Source of the DNA: an uncultured Pseudomonadota bacterium
GTDB taxonomy: Bacteria > Pseudomonadota > Alphaproteobacteria > Rhizobiales > Xanthobacteraceae
Assembly (NCBI GenBank): GCA_963720835.1
Contig: CAVRHC010000007.1
Coordinates: forward strand, 109,177-173,176
Length of the DNA: 64,000 bases
Direction: 5' to 3'
Part shown: one piece after another, positions 20,365 to 30,277 of the stretch
How the letters are laid out: each line of letters begins with the position of its first letter
Position numbering within the stretch: position 1 is the first letter of the stretch
Translations under genes and position numbers: made by a program
The notes under the pieces: model-generated
The model's input: the letters and a program-made list of their open reading frames with translations, nothing else
The model's database searches: none
What the model was told of the DNA's origin: nothing

Positions 20365-22659
20365 TTACGCCGCTTCTTCCTTCGGCAAAGCGCAGTGCGG
20401 CTCAAGCGGCAGCCGCACAACGACCAGCGTGCCTTTGCCAGGTGTTGAGCGAATGCGCATACGCCCGCCATGCAGTTCGACCAGCGATTTGGAAATGGCG
20501 AGGCCAAGCCCTGAACCCTGATGGCTTTTGGTGAGCTGGCTTTCGACTTGCTCGAAGGGCCGGCCCAGCCGCTTAAGCGCATCACCGGTGATGCCAATGC
20601 CGGTATCGCCGATGCCGAGAACGATACAGCCGTCGGCCACGCGCCCGCGTACGGTCACGCGCCCGCCGGTCGGCGTGAACTTGACCGCGTTGGACAAGAG
20701 GTTGAGCGCAACCTGTTTGAGCGCGCGCCGGTCGGCGCGCAAGCGCAATTCCGGCGCGATGCGGGCGACGAGTTTCAGCCTCTTTTCCTGAGCGCGCGCG
20801 GAAACGACGCGCATGGCCTCTCCCAGCAGCGGGTCCAGCGCGAGGTCCTCGAAGTCGAGACGGATGCGTCCGGCCTCGATCTTGGCCATGTCGAGAATGT
20901 CGTTGATCACGTCAAGCAGGTATTGCCCGCTCGAATGGATGTCGCTGCAATATTCGTTGTATTTTTCCGCGCCGAGCGGGCCGAACATGCCGGACTCCAT
21001 GATCTCGGAAAAGCCGATGATGGCGTTGAGCGGCGTGCGTAGTTCGTGACTCATATTGGCAAGGAATTTCGATTTCGCCTGATTGGCCTCCTCGGCGCGG
21101 GTCTTTTCAGCGGCATACTTCTCGGCCATTTCCTGCGCGCGCTGTTGCGAGACGCGCAAGTCTGACACGCTCGCCATCAGCCGCTTTTCGCTGTCCATCA
21201 GCTTTTCTTCGTGGGTCTTGATCGTGGTGATGTCGGTGCCGACCGACACATAGCCACCGTCCTTGGTGCGGCGCTCGCTGATGTGCAGCCAGCGGCCGTC
21301 CTCGAGCTGCGCCTCGAAGGTGCGCGCGCCGGGAATGGCGGGGCCGTTATTGATGACCTTGTTAAGCACGACCGGCTTGCTGCCGGCGGCCACGACGGAT
21401 TCATAGGAGGCGCCGGCTGTAATGGCGTCGTCCGGCAGATCGTGCAGGTCCTGGAAATTGGAGTTGCACAAGACGAGGCGATTGTCGGCGTCCCACAACA
21501 CGAAGGCTTCCGGAATGGTTTCAATCGCGTCGCGCAGGCGCAGATCGGCGGCGACCGTTTTCTCCACAAGGTTTTTCTGTTCGGTGACGTCGACGGCGAT
21601 GCCGATCAGATGCGGTGCCGGCTCGCGGCGATGGCTCACCAGTTCGCAGCGCGCGCGTAGCCAGATCCAGTGGCCGTCGGCATGACGCATGCGGAATTCG
21701 TGGTCGATCACGCGCATCTTGGCGTCCGCGAGCTGGCGCGCAAGCTCATAGAGCTGCACGTCTTCCGGATGGACCAGCGCGCTTACCTCGCCGAATGGCA
21801 AGAGGTCGTCTTTGGCTTCGAGTCCGAGAATGTCGAACATGGATTGCGACCAGAAGATACGCCCGCGTGCGAGGTCCCAGTCCCACAGGCCGCAGCGGCC
21901 GCGATTGAGCGCGGTGTCGATGCGCGTTCGCACCGTTTCGTAGATCAGGTCGGCTTCGCGCGCGCGCGTTGCTTGCCAGTGAAAGGCAAAGCCGAGAATG
22001 AGCACCACGAAACCGGTCGTCGTTGACAGCGTGACCGTGAGCGTCGTCAGCGCGCGCCAGGTCGCGAGCGCCGCGTCGCGCGGCTGCACGACGGCGATCT
22101 GGCCGAATGGGGGCTTGAGCATACGCACGGTCGCGAGCGCGCGCGTTTCGTCCGGTAGCGTGATGTCCATGACGCCGGCGCCGGCGCCGAAGGTGGTAAG
22201 TGGTTGCGTCGGACCGAGCAGGTCGATCAGACGGCGGCCGGTCGGGGTGTCGGGGCTAGGCGTGGCGGCCGCAATCACGCCCTCCGTATTGGTCAGCAGA
22301 AAGCGCCGGCCAGCGGCGGTTGCCCACGGCGGCAAGGCTTGGATGAGAATTTCTTGCGGACGCTCGACAGCGTCCTTGGGATCGGAAAGTGGCTGTTGCA
22401 GCCGTTCTGAAGCGAGATCCGCAACGGCGTCGAGCGTGATCACCATATCGCCGAGCGTCTGCTCGCGATGATCGAGCGCCTGCACGATGGCACCGACGCA
22501 GATGGTGGCGAGAAATGCGATGATGAGCACCGGCACTGCCCGGCGCAACATAGGCTCGGCGGTCAGCAGCCTTCGATACGCCGGTTTGGCGATCGATTGC
22601 GCGAGGCCCTTGATAGAATCGGGATGTGCAGACGCACTCGCCGCCTCGGCGCGCGCCAT
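20365..22659 (-). CDS. PAS-domain sensor histidine kinase (PleC-like architecture)
   Basis: 764 aa: TM, periplasmic domain, TM, two PAS-like segments, a coiled linker, H-box FLANMSHELRTPLNAIIGFSE, N-box NLLSNAVKFT, GDTGIGI, GSGLGLAI. Confidence 0.85.
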   Translation of the reverse strand: MARAEAASASAHPDSIKGLAQSIAKPAYRRLLTAEPMLRRAVPVLIIAFLATICVGAIVQALDHREQTLGDMVITLDAVADLASERLQQPLSDPKDAVERPQEILIQALPPWATAAGRRFLLTNTEGVIAAATPSPDTPTGRRLIDLLGPTQPLTTFGAGAGVMDITLPDETRALATVRMLKPPFGQIAVVQPRDAALATWRALTTLTVTLSTTTGFVVLILGFAFHWQATRAREADLIYETVRTRIDTALNRGRCGLWDWDLARGRIFWSQSMFDILGLEAKDDLLPFGEVSALVHPEDVQLYELARQLADAKMRVIDHEFRMRHADGHWIWLRARCELVSHRREPAPHLIGIAVDVTEQKNLVEKTVAADLRLRDAIETIPEAFVLWDADNRLVLCNSNFQDLHDLPDDAITAGASYESVVAAGSKPVVLNKVINNGPAIPGARTFEAQLEDGRWLHISERRTKDGGYVSVGTDITTIKTHEEKLMDSEKRLMASVSDLRVSQQRAQEMAEKYAAEKTRAEEANQAKSKFLANMSHELRTPLNAIIGFSEIMESGMFGPLGAEKYNEYCSDIHSSGQYLLDVINDILDMAKIEAGRIRLDFEDLALDPLLGEAMRVVSARAQEKRLKLVARIAPELRLRADRRALKQVALNLLSNAVKFTPTGGRVTVRGRVADGCIVLGIGDTGIGITGDALKRLGRPFEQVESQLTKSHQGSGLGLAISKSLVELHGGRMRIRSTPGKGTLVVVRLPLEPHCALPKEEAA

Positions 22660-22879
22660 GAAGGCCTCCGTTCGGAATTTCCCCTAACCACCCAGACCGG
22701 AAGGATGTGCCGCATCGCTGTCCGAATCAGTTTCGATTGGAATCGATGACCGGTGATTTGTCGAGAGTCCTTGCCACAATTATTGAAAAATTCTTACCGA
22801 CAATTTTACCAGCGCGACCAATAGTTAACAGCGGTCCCCGCGCGCGGCGCGGCCCAAATGAAGCGAACGATGCGGGCTT

Positions 22880-25519
22880 TCAGGCCGGCGTGAGTGCGCG
22901 CTCGACGATGTCGGAAAGGTCGCGCGAGAGGCCTGCCGTCGCCTTGATCCGTTGCAGGGCCGCTTCTGCCTTGCCGCGGCGACCGTCCTCCAGCGTGCGC
23001 CAGGTGCGAAAGGCGGTCGCCAGTCGTGCTGCAAGCTGCGGGTTTTTCGGGTCGAGCGCCAAGACCGTGCTGGCGACGAAATCGTAGCCCGCGCCGTCGG
23101 CGCGGTTGAACTGCGTCGGATTGCCTTGCGCGAAGACACCGATCAGTGCGCGCACGCGGTTGGGGTTGGCCATGGAAAACGCGGCATGGCCGGTGAGGGC
23201 GCGCACATGATCGAGCGTGTCGGCTTGCGGGGTCATGGCTTGCAGCGAGAACCATTTATCGATGACCAGCGCGTCGGCCGCATAGCGCTTGTAGAACTCA
23301 CCGAGCGCGCGCGCACGATCGGGGCCGTCGTGCTGCGAAAGTGTAATTAACGCGGCCATGCGATCCGTCATGTTGTCGGCGTCGTCGTATTGCCTTGCGG
23401 CGCGCGCGATGTCGGCGGGCGATCCGGTCGCTGCCATCAGATCGAGGCAGACATTGCGCAAGGCACGCCGGCCGGCAGCTGTTGAGTCGGGCGTAAAACC
23501 GCCGTGCACCGTCAAGCGGTCGTAGCGAGTCGACAAAACGGCGCTTAAGCGTTCGCCGACCTCTGTTCGCAGCGCCTTGCGGGCGCCGAAAATTGCATCG
23601 GGGTCGATGTTGTGGCCAATTTCGCGAGCGATGTCGCCTTCGCCCGGCAGCGCGAGCGCGAGCGCAACGAAAGCGGGCTCCAGCGCTTCGTCCTCGAGAA
23701 TTGTAGCGAGCGCCACGATGAGCTTTTCGTCGCTGCGCGGCGCCTCGCCGGCCCGCACCCGCCTTACATTGTCGATCAGGAGCCGCATTGAAATTGTCTG
23801 CAAGGCCTGCCAGCGGTTGAACGGATCGCTGTCATGGGCGGCGAGGAAGGCGAGGTCCTCTCCGGTGAGATCGGTCTCAAGCTTGATCGGTGCTGAAAAG
23901 CCGCGGTTGATCGACAGCACCGGGCGCTGCGTGATGCCGGTGAAGGTGACGCTTTGCTCCGGCTCGCGCAGCATCAACACGCCGTGTTCGACGTCGTTCG
24001 CCGGCGACAGCGGCAGGTCGCGGCCATCGCTGCCGACAAGCCCGAGCGCGAGCGGAACGATCATTGGCTCTTTCGCCGGTTGACCGGGTGTGGGTGGTAC
24101 GGATTGCTTGGCGTGGATCGTGAAGGTCTTGGCGGTAACGTCATAACGGCCTGAGACGGTGACCTGCGGCGTGCCGGCCTGGCTGTACCAACGCATGAAT
24201 TGCGTCATGTCGCGGCCGCTCACATCGGCAAAGCACTGGATAAATTGCTCGACGGTGGCGGCCTCGCCGTCATGGCGTTCGAAATAGAGATCCATCCCGG
24301 TGCGGAACGTCTCCGGGCCGATCAGGGTCTGCACCATGCGCACGACTTCCGCGCCTTTCTCGTAGACGGTCGACGTATAGAAGTTGTTGATCTCTTTATA
24401 GGTGTCGGGGCGGACGGGATGCGCGAGCGGTCCGGCGTCCTCGACGAACTGGGCGGCGCGAAGCCCGCGGACGTCGGAGATGCGCTTCACCGGACGCGAG
24501 CGCATGTCGCTGGTGAATTCCTGGTCACGGAAGACCGTGAGACCCTCTTTCAGACAAAGCTGAAACCAGTCGCGGCAGGTGATGCGGTTGCCGGTCCAGT
24601 TGTGGAAATATTCGTGTGCGATCACACCCTCGACGCCGGAATAGTCGCCGTCGGTCGCGGTCTCAGGCGAAGCCAGCACGTATTTGTCGTTGAAGACATT
24701 GAGGCCTTTGTTCTCCATCGCGCCCATGTTGAAGTCGGAGACGGCGACGATCATAAAAATATCGAGGTCGTATTCGCGGCCGAATTTTTCCTCGTCCCAG
24801 CGCATCGATCGCTTGAGGGCGTCCATGGCGTAATCGCAACGGCCTTCCTTGCCGTGCTCGACATAGATGCGCAGCACCACGTCGCGGCCCGACATCGTGC
24901 GGAAGGTGTCTTCGACGCAGGCAAGATCGCCGCCGACGAGCGCGAACAGATATGACGGCTTGGGATGCGGATCGTGCCAGACCGCGAAGTGGCGCCCGTC
25001 CGGAAGGTCGCCGTGCTCGGTGAGATTGCCGTTGGCGAGCAGCACCGGCGCCTCTCGTCTGTCGGCTTCGATGCGCGTCGTGTAGACCGCCATCACGTCC
25101 GGCCGGTCCGGGAAATAAGTGATGCGGCGGAAGCCTTCCGCCTCGCATTGCGTGCAATAAGTGCCGCTCGAACGGTAAAGACCGGAGAGGTGGGTATTGG
25201 CCTGTGGATCGACGTCCGTTTCGATTTCCAGCGTGAACGGACCATTCGGCGGCTGCGCGATGGTCAAGCTACCCGGCGTCGCCACATAGTTTTCCGTCGG
25301 CAGTGCGGTCCCGTCGACCTTGAGGCCAACGAGCGCGATGCCGTCGCCGTCGAGCACCACGGGTGCCGCCGACGATTGCGGATTCGGCTTCATATGAAGC
25401 GTCGCGCGCACCCTGGTCTTTGTCGGGTGCAGCGAAAAATCAAGCGAGACCGCCTCCACCAGCCAGTCGGGCTGGCGGTAATCCTTGAGGCGAATGGGCT
25501 GGGCAATATCGGTGCGCAT
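22880..25519 (-). CDS. pepN: aminopeptidase N
   Basis: GAMEN exopeptidase motif and HEYFHNWTGNR-X-E zinc motif. The start is taken at ATG 25519 (MRTDIAQPIRLKDY). Confidence 0.95.
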   Translation of the reverse strand: MRTDIAQPIRLKDYRQPDWLVEAVSLDFSLHPTKTRVRATLHMKPNPQSSAAPVVLDGDGIALVGLKVDGTALPTENYVATPGSLTIAQPPNGPFTLEIETDVDPQANTHLSGLYRSSGTYCTQCEAEGFRRITYFPDRPDVMAVYTTRIEADRREAPVLLANGNLTEHGDLPDGRHFAVWHDPHPKPSYLFALVGGDLACVEDTFRTMSGRDVVLRIYVEHGKEGRCDYAMDALKRSMRWDEEKFGREYDLDIFMIVAVSDFNMGAMENKGLNVFNDKYVLASPETATDGDYSGVEGVIAHEYFHNWTGNRITCRDWFQLCLKEGLTVFRDQEFTSDMRSRPVKRISDVRGLRAAQFVEDAGPLAHPVRPDTYKEINNFYTSTVYEKGAEVVRMVQTLIGPETFRTGMDLYFERHDGEAATVEQFIQCFADVSGRDMTQFMRWYSQAGTPQVTVSGRYDVTAKTFTIHAKQSVPPTPGQPAKEPMIVPLALGLVGSDGRDLPLSPANDVEHGVLMLREPEQSVTFTGITQRPVLSINRGFSAPIKLETDLTGEDLAFLAAHDSDPFNRWQALQTISMRLLIDNVRRVRAGEAPRSDEKLIVALATILEDEALEPAFVALALALPGEGDIAREIGHNIDPDAIFGARKALRTEVGERLSAVLSTRYDRLTVHGGFTPDSTAAGRRALRNVCLDLMAATGSPADIARAARQYDDADNMTDRMAALITLSQHDGPDRARALGEFYKRYAADALVIDKWFSLQAMTPQADTLDHVRALTGHAAFSMANPNRVRALIGVFAQGNPTQFNRADGAGYDFVASTVLALDPKNPQLAARLATAFRTWRTLEDGRRGKAEAALQRIKATAGLSRDLSDIVERALTPA

Positions 25520-25566
25520 GAATTTGATCCAGGCTGTTGGGATTGGAATTGAAAGTATGGCTGCGA

Positions 25567-26151
25567 TCACCGCAAACCGTCGGTGCCCTTGATGTCATCC
25601 TTCTTCAGTCCGCCGACGCGCGGCAACGGCCGGCCGCCGGTCGTGACCGCGACGGCAACGACGATTTCATTCGCGCGCGGCGCATCGGGCACCGAAACCT
25701 GCATGCCGTCGAAATGGCTGCGCACGTAGGCTGCATCCTTGTGGCCGAGCGGGATATCAAGCTCCGCGCCGGGACCGCCGCGTTTCTTGGAGGAGGGGAT
25801 GAGCGCCGCGCCTTTCGCAAGCGTCTTGCGGACCGGCGTTCCCATCTTCGGATGCAGCAGCGCAGCGGCGTGTTCCATCTCGCCGTCAGCGCCGACAAGG
25901 GCCGCCTTGCCGTAACTTTCAGCTTTGGCGCCGTCGATGCCGAGAGCGGCAACCGCCCGCTCGGACAGGATCTTGCCGAGTTCCTCGCCCATGTCGATTA
26001 AGGGTGCAAGGTCTTCGACATAGCGGCCCGCAAAAGGGTTTTCGATCACGGCGATAGCGACAGCGCGGCGCACCGGCGGCGTCACCGCCTGGCCCATTTC
26101 GGTCAGCGTCTCATCGATGACCGTGACGAATTTGCGGATTTTGACGCTCAT
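25567..26151 (-). CDS. amino acid synthesis family protein (DUF1185-type)
   Basis: 194 aa with the N-terminus IRKFVTVIDETLTEMGQ... and ...AVAVTTGGRPLPRVGG, which I recognise as the AA_synth/DUF1185 family. The function is not established. Confidence 0.65.
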   Translation of the reverse strand: MSVKIRKFVTVIDETLTEMGQAVTPPVRRAVAIAVIENPFAGRYVEDLAPLIDMGEELGKILSERAVAALGIDGAKAESYGKAALVGADGEMEHAAALLHPKMGTPVRKTLAKGAALIPSSKKRGGPGAELDIPLGHKDAAYVRSHFDGMQVSVPDAPRANEIVVAVAVTTGGRPLPRVGGLKKDDIKGTDGLR

Positions 26152-26172
26152 CGCAGTTGGTACTCCGTCTGG

Positions 26173-27366
26173 TCAGCTTACCACTTCCGGCAAACGTTCG
26201 GCCGGCGGCGTGTTACGGCTGCGTCCGGTGCGCACGATACCGTCGATCACGGTCATGCCAATTCCGGGCAAATCGCCGAGGCGCACGCTTTCGAGCAAAT
26301 TGCTGCCGGCGGAATGCTGCGCCTTGTCCATCAACACAAAATCGGCGACGCGACCGACTTCGATCAGCCCGCAATCGAGCTTGCGCATGCGCGCGGTATT
26401 GCCGGTCGCGAAGCAGAACGCCTGTTCCGCCGGCACGTCGCCGAGCGACGACAGCATCGCGACCATGCGAATGATGCCGAGCGGCTGCACGCCGGAGCCG
26501 GCCGGGCCGTCGGTGCCGAGGATCACGCGGTCGAGCTGGTTCAACTCGCGCGCGACACGCAACGCGAACAGGGCGGCGCGTTCGTTGCCGTTGTGGACGA
26601 TTTCGAGGCCGCGCCGGCAGCCCTCGCAGATGCAGCGGATTTCCTTGTCCGGCAGGGCGGTGTGTCCGCCATTGATGTGGCCGATCACGTCGGTGTCGGC
26701 CTCGAGCACGACGTCGGCCCCAATCAGGCCGGAACCAGGAATGGAGGGACCGCCGGTGTGGATCGTGGACTGGATGCCATATTTGCGCGCCCAGGCGACC
26801 ATCTGCCGCGCATTGGCACCGTCCTTGACGCCGCCGAGGCCAACCTCGCCAAGCAGCTTGACGCCGGCGTCGGCGAGATCCTTGAAGTCCTGTTCGGTCA
26901 TGCCGGGTTCGAGTACCGGTGCGCCGGCGTGCAGTTTGACGCCTCCGAAGCGGAAATTGTGAAAGGAGCGTTGTGCGGCGATCGCGTGCGCCTTGAGACC
27001 GACAATGTCGCGCGGCCGGCCCGGATGATGCACTTCGCCCGCGGAGATCATGGTGGTGACACCGCCATGCAAAGATGAATCGATCCAACCCATTTGGTTC
27101 TGGCGTGGCGTCCAATCGCCAGCGACCGGATGGACGTGGCTGTCGATCAGACCGGGTGCCAGCACAGTGCCGCGCGCATCGACAACCACGGTGGCTCCCG
27201 AGGGATCCACGTCGCTCGCCTTGCCGATCGCGGCGATACGGCCATTCTCCGCCACGATCGTATCGGCGTCGAGAACCGGATTCTCGAGCGCTCCCGAAAG
27301 GACAACGCCGATATTGCGGATGACGAGTTTGGACGGCGTGGCTGCTGCGGCAGTGTCGTGCGCCAT
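26173..27366 (-). CDS. metal-dependent amidohydrolase (enamidase-like)
   Basis: PGLIDSHVHP metal motif, internal HTGG and HINGGH segments, and a C-terminal GRVADFVLMD motif typical of the amidohydrolase superfamily. The start is taken at ATG 27366. Confidence 0.7.
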   Translation of the reverse strand: MAHDTAAAATPSKLVIRNIGVVLSGALENPVLDADTIVAENGRIAAIGKASDVDPSGATVVVDARGTVLAPGLIDSHVHPVAGDWTPRQNQMGWIDSSLHGGVTTMISAGEVHHPGRPRDIVGLKAHAIAAQRSFHNFRFGGVKLHAGAPVLEPGMTEQDFKDLADAGVKLLGEVGLGGVKDGANARQMVAWARKYGIQSTIHTGGPSIPGSGLIGADVVLEADTDVIGHINGGHTALPDKEIRCICEGCRRGLEIVHNGNERAALFALRVARELNQLDRVILGTDGPAGSGVQPLGIIRMVAMLSSLGDVPAEQAFCFATGNTARMRKLDCGLIEVGRVADFVLMDKAQHSAGSNLLESVRLGDLPGIGMTVIDGIVRTGRSRNTPPAERLPEVVS

Positions 27367-27447
27367 GATGAACGGTCTCCAGCCTCGATGCGATGAGGAT
27401 ACACGCGTCGGAGCGAACATCAAAAGATGTCCGCGGGCGGAGGTGGT

Positions 27448-28824
27448 TTACTCCAGGCGCGCCGGTTCGGCGTGACCGATCACGCGCTTGATCGACGGCG
27501 AGCGCTCGCGAAGGGCGCGCTCCAACATGTCGACCTTTTCGTGCACCGATTGCACGGTCAGCGCCGGATCGACGTAGCAATGGAAATTGACGATCTCTCC
27601 GTCATCGGTTTCGCGCACGCGCACGTCGTGGACCTCGCGGATCGTTTTGCCGTCGGCGGCGAACTCCGCAAGCGTGATCTCGATGGCCTTGACCCGTTCG
27701 GGCGGCGCTTCGCGTCCGGCCGCCTCCTGTGGTTGCAAAGGCTCAATATGCGTCTCGACCTCGACATCGGCGCCGAGTTCAGCGGCGATGGCATTCTCCA
27801 GGCCGTCGGCCAAATCGTGAGCGGCGCGCAGCGAGAGCTTTCCGTCGACTTCCAGATCGAGCGCGATCGCCAAGCGGTCCCTCAACGCGTGTACCGTGAC
27901 GTGATGCACGGCGAGCGCCCGGTTGCGCGCGATCACCATGACGCGGTCAAGCACCGTTTCATTGCTGAGCGCCACGGGATCGGTGGTCACCACCGGCTCG
28001 GCGCCCAATATGTTCTTGCGCAACGCTTCGGTCACGGCTTCCTTGATTTCGCGCACGCGTTCGAGCGGCAAGGTGCGGCTGACCGCGACAGTGAGATCGA
28101 CGAAAATTTTCTCGCCGACGGCGCGCGCGCGCACCTGTTCGACCGCGACCACGCCCGGCACCTTTGATGCGGTCGTGGTGATGCTGGCAGTAGCGCCCGG
28201 AGGCGCCACGTCGGTAAGCGCATCGATGGTACGGCGGCCGAGCCGCCAGCCGGCGATGCAGACGACGATCGCGACCGCAAGCGCCGCCGCCGAATCCGCC
28301 CACCACACGCCGAAGCGCACGCCAAAAAGCCCGATCAACACCGCGAGCGAAGCCCACAGGTCGGAGGAAAAATGCAACGCGTCGGCTTCCAGCGCCTGGC
28401 TCGATGTCTTTTCGGCCGTGCGTTTGAGCGCGCGCGATCGCACGAAGTCGACGACGATCGAAACGGCCATAACGCCAAACGCCCAGATATTGGCGTCGAC
28501 GGCGTGCGCCTCGTGCTCGATCAGCCGCTTGCCCGCTTCCCAGATCACGAGGCCTGAGAGCAAGAACAATAATGCTGTTTCCGCTAGCGCAGAGACGTTT
28601 TCGAACTTTCCGTGACCGAACTGATGTTCGGCGTCGGCCGGTTTCCCGGCGACACGCACGGCGGCATAGGTGATTACCGTGGCACCGAGATCGATCAACG
28701 AATGCCCGGCTTCGGAAAGAATCGCGAGCGAGCCGGTAGCAAAGCCGACAAGACCTTTTGCGATTGTCAGTCCTGCCGAGGCGGTAATCGAGGTGAGCGC
28801 GACCTGCTCCTTTTCATTCTGCAT
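27448..28824 (-). CDS. cation diffusion facilitator (CDF) transporter with extended C-terminus
   Basis: TM domain with SLAILSEAGHSLIDL and FGHGKFE CDF signatures. At 458 aa it is about 150 aa longer than the CDFs I know, and the tail looks like three tandem ZT_dimer-like domains. Confidence 0.85.
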   Translation of the reverse strand: MQNEKEQVALTSITASAGLTIAKGLVGFATGSLAILSEAGHSLIDLGATVITYAAVRVAGKPADAEHQFGHGKFENVSALAETALLFLLSGLVIWEAGKRLIEHEAHAVDANIWAFGVMAVSIVVDFVRSRALKRTAEKTSSQALEADALHFSSDLWASLAVLIGLFGVRFGVWWADSAAALAVAIVVCIAGWRLGRRTIDALTDVAPPGATASITTTASKVPGVVAVEQVRARAVGEKIFVDLTVAVSRTLPLERVREIKEAVTEALRKNILGAEPVVTTDPVALSNETVLDRVMVIARNRALAVHHVTVHALRDRLAIALDLEVDGKLSLRAAHDLADGLENAIAAELGADVEVETHIEPLQPQEAAGREAPPERVKAIEITLAEFAADGKTIREVHDVRVRETDDGEIVNFHCYVDPALTVQSVHEKVDMLERALRERSPSIKRVIGHAEPARLE

Positions 28825-28835
28825 GCGATGTCCGC

Positions 28836-29831
28836 CTAAGGCGTGACCGGTTTGCCGTCGGCCGCCGCCGAGCGTACGACCGCGTCGAGAATCCGGATGT
28901 TGGCCATGAGTTCATCCGTGGTGAAGCGATAAGGCGAACGGCCTTCGATGGCGTCGGCCCAGGCCTCGAAATTCATACGCACGGTATTGGCGTGATCGTA
29001 GCTGCGCGTCTCGCGCGTCCCGTCGGCCTTGCAATGCACGAAGCTCGACGGAATGCCCTGGTCGACATTGCCGCCTTCCTGTACCTCGACCCAGCCTTGG
29101 TCGCAAAGAATCGTAAAGCGCGCATAGAACGGTGGTGTCGAGAGGCACGTAATGCGTCCGCGCGCGCCGCTCTCGAATTCGATGTCGGCGGTGACGAAAT
29201 CCTCCGATGGCGGCGGAAAAATCTGCGAGGCCGTACGGGCGGCAACGCGCGAGGGCTTTCCCGCGAGCGAAACGAACATGTCGCCGAGGTGGATGCCGAG
29301 CGCGGTCCAGGCGCCGGCCGGCGCGTGCTTGGGATCGCGCCGCCAGTTCGACGGATCCATTTTGCGGAAATTGTTGTGGCTGACATTGGCGTCCATGAGC
29401 AGGATGCGACCGAGCGCGCCGCTGTCGAAGCGCCTGCGCATTTCTTCCAGCGCCGGCTCGTATCGGCGCTCGTGACCGATGCCGAGGACGCTGCCGGCTT
29501 TTTCGCACGCCGCCAGAATACGCTCGGCACTCGCTGCGGTAAGGGCGAGCGGCTTTTCGCAGAACACGTGCTTGCCGGCGGCGAAGGCGGTAACCGCCAT
29601 CTCTTCATGCAGCGCATGCGGGGTGACGACCGCGACCGCCTCAATCTCAGGGTGTTTCAGCAAGTCATGATAGTCTTCGATCAGATCGAAACCGTGCGCA
29701 GCCGCAAACGGTTCGGCCATGGCGACGTCGATGTCGCAGCCGGCGACGACATTGAAGCGGGGGCTGTCGGCGAGGCAGGTCACGATCTGCTTGCCCCACC
29801 AGCCGAGCCCGATGATGCCGATGTAAATCAT
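28836..29831 (-). CDS. Gfo/Idh/MocA family oxidoreductase
   Basis: N-terminal Rossmann motif IGIIGLGWWGK and EKP motif (VFCEKPLA). The start is taken at ATG 29831. Confidence 0.85.
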   Translation of the reverse strand: MIYIGIIGLGWWGKQIVTCLADSPRFNVVAGCDIDVAMAEPFAAAHGFDLIEDYHDLLKHPEIEAVAVVTPHALHEEMAVTAFAAGKHVFCEKPLALTAASAERILAACEKAGSVLGIGHERRYEPALEEMRRRFDSGALGRILLMDANVSHNNFRKMDPSNWRRDPKHAPAGAWTALGIHLGDMFVSLAGKPSRVAARTASQIFPPPSEDFVTADIEFESGARGRITCLSTPPFYARFTILCDQGWVEVQEGGNVDQGIPSSFVHCKADGTRETRSYDHANTVRMNFEAWADAIEGRSPYRFTTDELMANIRILDAVVRSAAADGKPVTP

Positions 29832-29936
29832 GGCGTCGTTATTCCCCTTGCGTCGCGCGCCGACAATGCGGGGCCGAACCGCGCTGCGCAATGCTGGAAG
29901 GCCGATGATTCAACGCGCGACATTTGGCTTGTGAAT

Positions 29937-29951
29937 GATATATAATATATC
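29937..29951. promoter_or_regulatory. perfect AT palindrome in the leader of the XRE/Ehr operon
   Basis: GATATAT-A-ATATATC (7-bp arms) inside a strongly AT-rich 130-bp gap. TATAAT hexamers lie at 29941-29946 and 29972-29977, and TTGACA at 29963-29968 with non-canonical spacing. Confidence 0.35.
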
Positions 29952-30019
29952 AATAATGATGCTTGACATTTTATAATGGCTGGCAAAAATATCATTTATC
30001 CCGAGTCTTGCCGGCCATC

Positions 30020-30277
30020 ATGATTACCTCCTCCCAGATGCGTGCCGCACGCGCCTTGCTTGGTATCGACCAGCGCGAGCTGGCGCAGCGCGCGCGGCTG
30101 TCGCTGCCGACCATCCAGCGCATGGAGGCGAGCAAGGGTGTCGTCCGCGGCAATGTCGAGTCGCTGATGAAGCTCGTCGACGCGCTTGCCGCCAACGGCG
30201 TTGAATTGATCGGGGAGGGCGCCGCTTCGTCGAGCGGCGGCCGCGGCGTGCGCATGAGAGGTGCGCCCGGATCATGA
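30020..30277 (+). CDS. XRE-family helix-turn-helix transcriptional regulator (85 aa)
   Basis: MITSSQMRAARALLGIDQRELAQRARLSLPTIQRMEAS is a typical Cro/C1-type HTH. Its stop overlaps the next start (ATGA at 30274-30277). Confidence 0.75.
   Translation: MITSSQMRAARALLGIDQRELAQRARLSLPTIQRMEASKGVVRGNVESLMKLVDALAANGVELIGEGAASSSGGRGVRMRGAPGS

Noticed and set aside
26213-27580. 455-aa minus-strand ORF in an alternate frame of the amidohydrolase gene
   Set aside because: The Arg-rich product has no motifs. The overlapping frame 26173-27366 carries the amidohydrolase signatures.
29963-29977. TTGACA followed by TATAAT as a canonical promoter for the XRE/Ehr operon
   Set aside because: The two hexamers are only 3 nt apart, so they cannot form a sigma-70 -35/-10 pair. 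They are reported only as part of the AT-rich leader.
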